64,000 nucleotides of DNA from Catajapyx aquilonaris. Taxonomy: Eukaryota. Under the pieces are notes generated by a model. That model worked only from the letters and a program-made list of their open reading frames with translations, ran no database searches and was not told the origin of the DNA. Position numbers and translations under genes: made by a program. Each line of letters begins with the position of its first letter. Position 1 is the stretch's first letter. Shown here piece by piece: positions 53,472-64,000 of the stretch. Where the stretch lies: the NCBI GenBank assembly GCA_000934665.2, contig KZ538063.1, positions 62,001 through 126,000 of the forward strand, in the 5' to 3' direction.

Positions 53472-55119
53472 TGGATATACGCCATCCATGTGAGAGGTAT
53501 GGTACTACGTGAACACTCGCTAGAAAATCCGATCCTCAGGTGGGTGTCGGTGAAGACTATCCCCTTTAGAGTGTGTGGAGTGGATTGGAGGATATTCCTC
53601 CAGTCGAATGCAGATCTGGCACGTCATTTGCGAGGCACGTCAATCGCTTCCTAGTTGTGGGGTTCGTGTCCGGATTGGCCGCTTAGAAAGAGAAGCGCTG
53701 ACGAGAGAATCTGAGGTGGCTGGTACCGTCACGTCTGTCCCTGCAAACACTTAACGAAGACACTCAACCCATGGGTTCTTTCCAGACCCTTATGGACTTT
53801 TTGACTTTTTTGGGGGGGCTTTCCACGTGTCAGGCGGTGGGCAAATGAAAAGCCGCGAGGGCGATGATCGCGCGACTAAAATTTAGCCGGGTTCGCGTGA
53901 GTTCTAATTAAGATGCCAATCTAGGCTGGAAGAGATGATTAATCACAGGATGCAGACGTTTGTAAGCCATAAAAATGTGCGAAGCTCGTTAGGAAAAGGC
54001 CTTTCCCCAATTTTGAGCGCCTCATGTTTACGCATCAACCCCCTCACCCTGCGCATCGCCTGTAACGCCCATCCAAACCCTCCTCTTTCCATTTTCCTCT
54101 CCACAACTCATTATGGTGACTAGACCATCTCCAGCGCACTAATGATGCAGCTCTCATTACACCCGGATAATGACGTGATCGCCTCAGCAAACTCCCTATT
54201 TTTTGAGCCACTTGTCACCGGATGCCTGTCTGTCCAATCACCTTCCCGCATAACCACCTGTCCGGAATTTGCAATATGGAATTACCCAACTGCCATTGCT
54301 CCCAATTCGGAACCAATTCTGCTTCTGTTTGTCCGGAGGAGTCATCATCTCAACTAGGTACATGTAGTACCACCACCACTCACACGACCCTGAGAGTGGG
54401 ACTGGTGTGTACATGCGTCATCTATGTATGGAATATGGTACTGCAACGAACTAATCATACGCCGTTCTGATTGGCTCCCTGAGAAATATTGTACCATCAC
54501 AGATATGTTACGACTGTCGCGAAATTGGCCACTTCGCTGGGTAATGTCGTGATGGGTCTGTTACAATTCGGTGCAGCTGACAACACCGCCTTGACCCATG
54601 ATTGGTTCCTCGAAAATGGCGGAGATTGGTGCAGGTGCAGACATGGCGCGAAAAATGTGTGTCGTCCCTCTCATTATTTTGGGTACCGGGACGGCAGCCT
54701 CGTGTCCTGGAGCGAGGCAGGATTAATCCGGATGGGCATAAAATCAGATTTGCTTCGATTGACGATTCGTAGGGAGTGTGGGGATGGGGGGGATGCTGGT
54801 GTGGAGCCAGTGCACGGTATGTGGACTCTGGAAACAAAAGCGCTTCGTCCCCGCTGTTTATTTCCACGGGGCCAGACCAGCCCAAGCCCAGCCAGGCAGC
54901 CAGGAGCGGAGGGCTGTGTCATCCTGCCCTGGAACCTTAATCACTTAATCGGTGGCGCTGCCTGCGCTCCCGGAAACCTCTTTTCCCTCATTACCATCCT
55001 ACCAGCCAGCAGTTAGCGCCAGATAACCCACCAATCCCGTGACACACTTTTTAGTCACCCCCGAGGGTTCGTTTCAGGGGTACGTTGGCGCAATATTGAA
55101 ATTACCGTGTCACAAATCG

Positions 55120-55740
55120 AAGCAATATCGAAATATCGACTCTCCTTCGATATATCGAAATATCGACTCTCCTTCGATATATCGAAATATCGACTCTTCT
55201 TCGATATATCGAAATTTCGTCTTTCATTCGATATATCCAAATATTCCAACCCACTATCGATCTAATAGATGTCAGTCGGTTTAAACTATCGATATATCAA
55301 AGTATATGTCATGATATTTCAAAAGTTATCGATAATTCGATGTTGATAATATACAGATAATACGATATTACAAAGGATATATATATATATATTTTATTTA
55401 CTTTACCCCGTGCCATCCCTTACGGGATATTTGGGGGGACCACTATTACGAAAGATATATGATGGCACAAAATATATCGATAATATGATGGTACAAAATA
55501 TATCGATGCATTTTGTAAGCATCGTATTATCGACATACCCTAAAAGTACAATCAATACATCGATATCATTGGCATCCGATATTTCAATATTCATCATAAG
55601 ATATGTTAAAGACACTCCTAACACATCTATCACATCATGTATGATCAATTTATCGATATATCGGTTGCAATATATTGTAAAATAATTATGTCATTCTTAC
55701 AGTACCGGTATACAAAAAAAAATCGGTTCGATATATTGAA
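55120..55740. repeat. ATCGATA-rich block with a 27 bp tandem x3
   Basis: TATCGAAATATCGACTCT(C/T)CTTCGATA repeats followed by many (T)ATCGAT(A) words. Confidence 0.75.
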
Positions 55741-58700
55741 ACCAGCCTTTATGCGTCAGCATGTGGAGACGGAGATGTGCTTAACTGGACCTCGTTTATT
55801 CGTATGGCAGCGACTAGTTTTGACCTAACAATGACACTAAACGCTATTTAGAGTAACAGTTACTTTTATCTGCTATTGAATAATAGCGTTAGGTAATCGC
55901 TCTGTAAAATTAGTTTTATTCGTACGATTTTTACTAGTAGTAGGCCTACATTGCCTTGAAGTGATTGGTCTCTCACTCACCTTGTCATACTTGTAGCCTT
56001 AATAATTCAGGCAGTGTGGAGCAGGGTTACAGTGTCGTTATCCAGATGATTTCACTGACCTTAACCTAATGACACATGCGAGTACACAACCTCTCAAACC
56101 AACATTACTCCCAACAATATCAGTAGTAAGTTACAGTGTGACGGATGCACATTACAAAATAAAACCACACGAGCACACAGCAACAAAGCTCTGTTTGGGG
56201 GAACCGAAAACTAGTACTGGGTTTCGGTTCCTGTGCCTATCGTTCCATTGTTTATAATTCAAAAAGGTACATACGCCGCTAAAGATGTGGGAAAAAAAAC
56301 AAAAGCCAAAAGACGCTGTCTCAAAATGGAGTAAGTAGAAGAGAAAAGGACGGATGAGGGATGCAAACAGCGAAACAGTACAGAGGAAGAAAAGATCCGG
56401 ACATATAGCCTATATATTCTTTTGAAGTCCACAAAAGAATGTAAGGGAAGGATAGATTAAAGATATCTGGGCATTCGCAAGAAACTGCCAAAGAAAAAAA
56501 AACATATCGAGAGGGCGAGTTGGACCAGTCTTTTTGGCAACTTTTTTTTTGAAGAATAAAAGGTTTAGTCGGTTAACGATGAGAAAAGCCGCAAGCAAAG
56601 ATATAGCCAAGAAAACCTCAAAACAAGGAGAAAAGAGGTCAGGAAGACAAAATGTATGAGCCAAGAGACACGAAAAGGTGCCAGAATCAGCGGATAATGT
56701 CCTGATAAAAAGGGCGGAGGGTGCTGGGCGACAGATGGCAGCATTACAGCCAGAAATGGAACATTCAGGCTGACGTCATAAACAAGACAAGCTGCAATAT
56801 TTTCATCGCGATTTCATTTAAAATATTTAATATTAATTTCATAAATATATCATTAAAATTATAATGCTTATTATTATTATGATTATGATTATTATCATCG
56901 CTGACTACCCCTTATTGGGAATGTCGTGATGGTGTTGTTATTATTATTATTATGCTTGCATTTTAAATTACATTTCATTGTATGTAGTTTTAAAATAAAG
57001 TCATTACATTTCATATTAAAAGATTATTTTGCACTGTACATTATATTATGTAATATCCATTATAGCATATTGTAGTTATACATTTTAAATAATATATAAT
57101 ATTTTGTTGTTATTATCAAGTTTCTTACATTCACATAATAGTACGGGTGTATTATATCAGTGATTATTTTGTTTTAAATTTAATTTTTGCCATATTAAAA
57201 TTATGCATAACGTTTTATTGGTTTTAAGTTATGTAAATATTTTATTGCCTACTGCATTGTATTTCATATTATAATTATTATTTAGTGCGTAATATTTTAT
57301 TGATTAAACTTATGTCATTTGACATACCGGTACATTTATATTACATTAATTAGAACACAAATCATATAGCAGACACAGATTATTTTTATATTAAATTTGA
57401 ATATAACATATATTCATTATCACATTATATGTGCGTATATTACACATATAGACGCACCCACTCCCTGCGGCCTATTAGGCCTGTGTGTATGTATATGTAT
57501 GTACTGTACATATGTATGAGTACAGTAGAATGTAGCCTATGTATTTATTTACGTATGTGTCAATATATTCTAAGTTACGCTTACTTCTAAGTCACCTTTT
57601 GATTTGCTTATGGCGTCAGTGGCAGATAGAGTTTCATTCCCGCAATAATACGAGGGGTGTGTAAGGGAAGAGAAGAGGAAACGGAAAATGAAAAGAGAGA
57701 TCATGCAAGCGTCACTTGCCTCGCCGTCGCGGTAACAGATGTTTAAACACTAAAAAGAAACAGAAAGGGGAACAAGACTGTAATCAAACGATAGTATCCG
57801 AACGTTCAGGGTCATCTAAAAAAAACCATATCCAATAAATGAGGCCGATCTTAAGGCCTGTTCAAAAAAAATCCTTAAGACCTAGTCTGTTCCTAAATAT
57901 TGTCTCAATATCATATATCAATATAATAAATTTTTTTATATAAAGGGTATATACATATTCAGGCAGACGTTCCAACAAACGCAGGAAAAATGGGAATAAA
58001 AGTCGCAGCGAGGAATGGTAAAAATGGCTCTTTCCCTTCCCCTCCACCCCTCTCCCCTCCTTCCCGGACTATAAATGGGCCTCAAAAATTCCGGGCCCAG
58101 ATTTATAACTAAAGTCGGCATTTAAATTTCAGGGCCGTAAATTCATGAGTCTGCCGACGTCAGATAAAACTTGGACCCAGGCTCGCATTAAAACACACAA
58201 TTCACGGCTTAATTATGCATCTCAGTTTTTTTCTTCTTCTTCTTTTCTTCTTAGTTATTCGTAGGAGGGAGAACTCCCTTAGGAAAACGAAGCTTCTTAA
58301 TAACCTGACAAACTAATTATTAAATTTGTGCAAACAAGACTCCAAGGGGGGTGTTTCAAACACACACAAAAAACTACTGCATAGTCTGCTGGAAGAAGAA
58401 GAAGGAAGTAAAAAAAAAAAAGTTTAGACGTCAAAAGTATGCATAGACGATGCTGCCTTCTGCCGTCGGGGTCGTTCAACATTCAGGAGGAAATATATAT
58501 TCCGGACTGCATGAATTCTGCCTTGTAGATTTGTCGTTTTTTTTGGATGTTGGCAACCCTGGGGCACATAGACTTGCTTGATGTATGGAGGATGGATCAG
58601 CTTCTGCTTCGAGTTTACACGATTGAAGCCCTGGGGGCTTAGGGCCGTTGCACCAATATGCACTAGGATCGGGTTGTTCAAGGAAGGTGGGCGTATGTAA

Positions 58701-59784
58701 CGGAGAATAGGCCAGGGCGATGCAATAGCTAGCTGGATTGGATTCTCTTCGGTGTGCTATTGCCGATAAAACAAATATTAGAATGGCTTTTCCTAAGTTT
58801 GTCGATATATTATTTTGTCGATAGAACGACATCTCTGCTCTGTGCTATTTTGTATAGATAGTATCATATTTTAGAATAACTAAGGTCCACTGTGAGATAA
58901 TATCAATTTTTAAAATGACTTCTCTCCGGCGTGCTACCTTTTCATTTTGTCAGATTTTAGAATGGCGTCTTTCCTGTATGTTATTGGTCGATATTTGCCT
59001 AGACAGAATGCCTTCTCCCCCGTGTGGTAATGTGTGGATAATATAAATATTAGAATGGCTTCTCTCCTTATTATCGCCAAAAGTGTCGATAAAATTAATT
59101 TTTAAATTACTTCACTCACATACCTTTTCATTGTGCCAATTTCATCATGGTCCCTCTCTGTTAAGGCATTTTTGCAGATATAATTAATTTTTAGTGATTT
59201 CTCTCCTACGTGTAGCTTTTCGATAGTATCAAGATTTCGAATGGCTTCTCTCTGGTTGCTATTTTGTCGATAAGATGATCTTACGGCGAGATTTTCTTGC
59301 AGTGTTGTCTGCGATATACAATAATTTATAACGATAAATTATGTTTCTCTCCCAAATCGATATGATCACTCTTTGTATGTCTCCTGTCAATAGTGAACAT
59401 ATTTTCCTACCGATAGTTTTTGATTGATTTTCGTTGTTTGTGTCGATATAATGCAGGTCTGTTTTAGCATGTTTAAAACTTTGTTTTTGGCACAAATTTT
59501 GATTGAAAGTGTCGACATTTCAAAATAATACCTGCAATGTTAGATATCGTTTATTTTCGGCCTCGTTATTTTGCCATCCTTGCTGCACATTTTCATTCCC
59601 ACAGTAAACACTAGGGTACCGTCCACTACCCATGCTCTTCTTCTCTAAGACGTTCCAACATTTACTTACATAAGGACACGTGGCAATAGATTCCAAAAGT
59701 AAAAACCATAAGATAGATGGGTGAAGGGGGGGGGGGGGCAAGAAAATAAGATCCGAAAATAACCAGAATGGACTTGATACTTGC

Positions 59785-59912
59785 CTCATCGTGATGGTAC
59801 CAGAAGATGTACGCCGGAGGCTCCGGACTGTACTTGATGATGCAGGTCAGGTTGATCATGCTCCCTTTGTCCACGTGCAGATCTGGACCGCCCAGTATTG
59901 TTGCCGTTGGAA
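59785..59912 (-). CDS. dpr6: Dpr-family exon, first half of Ig2: (V)PTATILGGPDLHVDKGSMINLTCIIKYSPEPPAYIFWYHHDE
   Basis: Acceptor tttttcatcctcag|TT (phase 1); Ig B-strand Cys and C-strand Trp; Dpr signature GS-x-INLTC...PPAYIFWYH. Upstream exons are not in the window. Confidence 0.95.
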
Positions 59913-60299
59913 CTGAGGATGAAAAATAGCAGTAATCAGCACTGGTGAATTTCGATACTCTTCTACTCTTCAAAGAGAGAAGTCATCTTTATTATCGGTG
60001 TCGATCACCTACTCCTAATAAAAATAGCAGTGATCTTCACTTACTCTGCAAAAGTAAGAGTCATCATCTGTATTGCTCTTTCAAGTAGCAGTCATTACTG
60101 CCTCTGATGTTAGCTAAATTGTGAATGCAAAATAGTAATCAACATCGATTATAATATTAAAATAGGAATAATATTAAAATATTAAAAATTAGATGACATC
60201 CACTGCTTGCAGGATTGCACGTAATTATTGTTAACAATTATTTTTATCGATTGATTTAAATGGTATTAATTTGCTTCGTCGATGAATTAAATTAACTCA

Positions 60300-60378
60300 A
60301 TTTTACTGCTCACTTAAATTTACTGAATTTTACTGCTCACTTAAATTTACTGAATTTTACTGCTCACTTAAATTTACT
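60300..60378. repeat. 27 bp tandem x3
   Basis: TTTTACTGCTCACTTAAATTTACTGAA. Confidence 0.9.
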
Positions 60379-61459
60379 TCATTTTATTACAATATTAAAT
60401 TTATTTATTGTTTTACTTATTTACTATACTTATTTATTTATTATTACTTTATTTGTTTCATTATTATTTCATTCATTAAAAAATTAACTTACTATAGGCC
60501 TATATATTAAATCCATTCTGGTTGTTATTAACTTTCTTTTTGTTATATTATGCACATGCTTTGATGCTTTTTACATACCAAATGCATAACAAGTTAATTT
60601 TTTTTTAAATATGGGGACAGCGAATTTCTACCAGATCGCTGCTACTTTGCCGTCCTGAGCAAAAACAACGCAACTGCAATGTGCGAGAAGCTGCTGTTAT
60701 TTTAGCCCACCATTAGTAATGTAGGGATAGAAAAATCATATTCATAGCAAAATGAGTCCGTCCACAAATCAGAAAAGTTGTTGAACAGTCAGTGTGACCC
60801 AAGGGGGTAAAAGTGTCCACACAAGAGATTTTAAAAAGCTGCGAGCGCATACTAATGGCTGCCCAGGTCGAAGGTAAGCCAAAGGATCGGGAATCAGTTG
60901 GACCTGTGGGGACTGGAGGGGACAGTAGCAGATAATCCCATAAAACATTGTGCGAAAAGTGTGCCCGGAGATTCAGAGGGATGGGAACTACTACTCTTGG
61001 CCGAGAGAATTCCTCTAAAATCCGGAGCATTGCACTTTCCAATAAGTATATACCGAGGGCTTTTTGATGGAACAATGCATTTTGGGATGCCAGAGATTTG
61101 CATGCTAATCCCATTCCCCAAAATTCGCGGATTGCGGTAATTGGAATCCGGGGCGATGAATGGCCCTTAGACGGAATTGATTCCGGGTTCGCAATCACCT
61201 CCTTAGGGTTCTGAAAATATGGAATTCGCTAATAGGAAGAGGAGGGAAAGACTGCGGAGGCTTTTTTTTTAAAGTGTTGCCGATACTTCTTCTCCCGGAA
61301 GTCGTCTAATTAATTAGAGATTCTTCCGGAATAATTGGCGAATTTCGCGCCCGCTTCCCCCTGCAGAAATTCCTCACCCGGAGAAGCATGCTTGGGAAAT
61401 ATTTGGGGTTCACAAATATGCTCGTCTTGATCGCAAGAAAATCGGGACAGATTTTGGGC

Positions 61460-62310
61460 TGCTACGCACAACTGCTATTTAGAACAAGCGTTACTGCGAC
61501 AATATTCAGAACTGCTACGGTTTGAGATTCGTTAAGCGACCGACCCTTGCAATGAGATACAGAGCTGCTGTTTGAAACTGCTATTTCAAGAGCGTCTTAA
61601 GTAAACGTTATTGCGACATTTCAGAATCGCTACATGCAACAGATTCGTTAAGAGAACGACACTTAACTGCTACATTTAGACCGATTGAAATAAACACTAC
61701 TGGGATGACAACAGCTACGTTAAGGACGACCCACGAAACCACTCTATTTGTAATAACTAATGCAAGTTAGCTGTTATTTGTAACTGCTACTTTAAGGAGA
61801 AACTGAAATAACTGCTACCGTGATGTTTGAGGGCCGTTACACGAATGGCCTAAACAACACGTCTATTTGTAATGACTGTTATAACTGTTATTTATAACTG
61901 CTATTTCAGGAGAGATAGGCCAAAACGCTACTTGTTATTAAAGAACTGCTACGTGGGTATAACGACCCAAGTAGCCGCTACGTTAAGAAACAACTCAACT
62001 AGCTTCTACGCGCAACAGCGACGTTTAGATCGGCCCAAATAACTGCTACACGCAACAGCTAGTTTTACAACTACCCAAGTAGCCGCTACGTTAAGAAACA
62101 ACTCAACTAGCTTCTACGCGCAACAGCGACGTTTAGATCGGCCCAAATAACTGCTACACGCAACAGCTAGTTTTACAACGACCCATGTAGCCGCTACATG
62201 CAATAACAGCTACATTAAAACAACCAGCGTTTAACAGCGACGCTAATAACGACCCAAGCAACTGCTAGATGCAATAACCTCTACGTTGAGAAAAGGCCTA
62301 AGTAGCCGCT
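61460..62310. repeat. (C/G)CTAC-rich degenerate block including a 108 bp near-perfect duplication (61965-62200)
   Basis: ACCCA(A/T)GTAGCCGCTAC at 61965, 62073 and 62181. Confidence 0.85.
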
Positions 62311-63279
62311 ATATTTTTATTTTATTTTTTTATTTATTCTACCCCATTAGCTGGCCTATTGGCCATTTTTAGGGGGACAAGTAGCCGCTATATGGAAAGA
62401 GCATGATGCATGAGGCCCATAAAGTGTCCTATCTCCCCCTGAAGCTGGCCTCATGGAGTCCCCTTGTGCCTAAAGCATCCGGAACAATCCGGACGTTAAT
62501 CCTGGAGGGCCATCTGTTCACTTTTGGCCCTCCCTGTGCCGCTGAAAACCTCCGCACCATTTTCAGGACGTGCGGCAAAGGCAAGTTTATGTAAATAGGG
62601 TCCGAGGCCTGGTTGTAATTTGAGCGTATGGAGTGGATGGAGGTGAGGTGCCCCCCACCCCCAACCCTCCTCAACACTCCCCCCGTGCCCAAGCGCCATA
62701 AAGACACTCCTTATCGCCCTTATTGCACACTACTTGTACCCCCCCTCTTTACTCATCCGGGGTTGGAATTAATCTCACCTTCTCTCTCCCAAGCCCCCCC
62801 GGATATATATTTTCCGGGCCTTTGTGATTGGACTGGGGGATGGAAAACCCTGACCGCAATATGCTGCACTTGAATCCGGATATGCAGCCCGATGGACACT
62901 CTCCCTTGACGATTCGGGCCTCTGATTGGACCCTATCTATGTCCGGCTTTATCTCCAAAAGGGGGGTTATTCGAATCCCGACAACGCATCTATAGCCAAT
63001 AAGGGTCATTTAAAGTAGTTATAGTAAAATAACCAGCTCATCGTAATAACTAATAATACAGTAATAATAATAATCATCATCATATACAAAATTCACAATC
63101 CGTGACTCCACCCCTTGTCATCACCAACGTGCATGTAGTATACTATTTTCGCCCTGAGGGGCGTGCAGAGAGAGCCTATGCGCCAACTGGTAGTGGTCTA
63201 TCGTACTACGTCCAAGTTGGAGGGGGGGGGGGGGCAATTAGTCTTTCCATAATTTGGCAACAGGTCCGCTACTATAGTA

Positions 63280-63905
63280 GCTAATAATGACCAATACTAG
63301 GTTATGGCTAATAAACTTCTACTAATATCGTCTAACTAATAACATCTGGTATTAACTGATTGCAACTAATAATTATTATTGGCAATAACTTCTAATAGCC
63401 AATAATCTCTGATAATAACCAATAATAACTAATAACAGCTAATAACTCCTAACAACCAGAAATCTCTCAATAACCAATAACAACTAGCAATAGCTAATAA
63501 CAACTAATACTTAGTAATAACTTTTAATAACCAATTATATATTAATATCCAATAACTAGTGATAGCAAATTACAACTAATAAGCCTATCTGGCTAAAACT
63601 TATAATAACCAATTATATATTAATATCCAATAACTTGTGATAGCAAATAACAACTCATAAGCCTATCTGGTTATAACTTACAATAACCAATAATCTCTCA
63701 ATAACCAATAACTAGTAATAGCTAATAACCAATGCCGTACTTGATAATAACGAATATCTTATATAGCCTTACTATAATAACATCTGGTAATAGCTGAGTA
63801 ACTAATATCTCACAACTAATAACTTGTAGCAGCTAATAATAACCAATCCCTCGTAACTAACAACGCGCAATAGAGCTAACAACAGATAATAAATAATTAA
63901 AATAA
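63280..63905. repeat. AATAAC-rich degenerate minisatellite block
   Basis: Repeated AATAAC/AACTAATA/TAGCTAATA words with a ~77 bp internal duplication. Confidence 0.75.
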
Positions 63906-64000
63906 CTGCTCTCGTTATTCGGTCAGACACCCTGTAGCTTCGGGCGTCGTATAATGGGTGGCCACGCATGCGTCTGAGGCACTATTACGCGTGTTATAGT

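Larger units (their letters stand above)
49511..59784 (-). other. 10.3 kb GC-AG intron of the Dpr gene
   Basis: Donor GAG|GCAAGT, acceptor TTGCAG|GTG; this junction gives the conserved HHDE|VISYD frame. Confidence 0.85.

Noticed and set aside
51426..55016. Longest unassigned ORFs (190 aa at 51426-51998, 175 aa at 54489-55016)
   Set aside because: Intronic, near-cognate starts, no recognisable motifs or codon bias.
55981..56065. 85-nt exon-like segment on the minus strand (cattag|G...AAG|gtgagt) inside the Dpr intron
   Set aside because: Stops in all three frames and a weak pyrimidine tract; at most a cryptic or poison exon, unsupported without RNA data.
59913..64000. Search for the upstream Dpr Ig1 exon (YECQ motif)
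   Set aside because: Not found; it is presumably beyond the window end.

Overview
Eukaryotic, almost certainly arthropod/insect, genomic DNA that is mostly non-coding. (1) The 3' half of a Dpr-family Ig cell-recognition gene, closest to dpr6 from memory, lies on the minus strand. Its three coding exons (59785-59912, 49342-49510, 38974-39113) join in frame across two ~10 kb introns, and the first of these introns has a non-canonical GC donor. Its 5' exons are beyond the window. (2) Two spliceable plus-strand exons (6899-6988, 7279-7421) encode the C-terminus of an unidentified protein with a His/Asp-rich tail; its upstream exons were not found. (3) An intron-containing, internally deleted MULE/MuDR-type transposase relic and a second SWIM-finger relic occupy ~11.0-14.4 kb. 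(4) There are many MITEs (TA, AAT and TGG target duplications) and a mini-Helitron-like end. A ~120 bp dispersed repeat carrying CTCF-like and AP-1-like motifs has about 14 copies whose orientation is clustered by region. About 16 AT-rich minisatellite blocks recur every 2-5 kb. The most unusual signal is a 26-nt intronic segment just upstream of the Dpr acceptor that is antisense to the spliced exon junction of the GC-AG intron. All family assignments come from motif recognition, not database searches.
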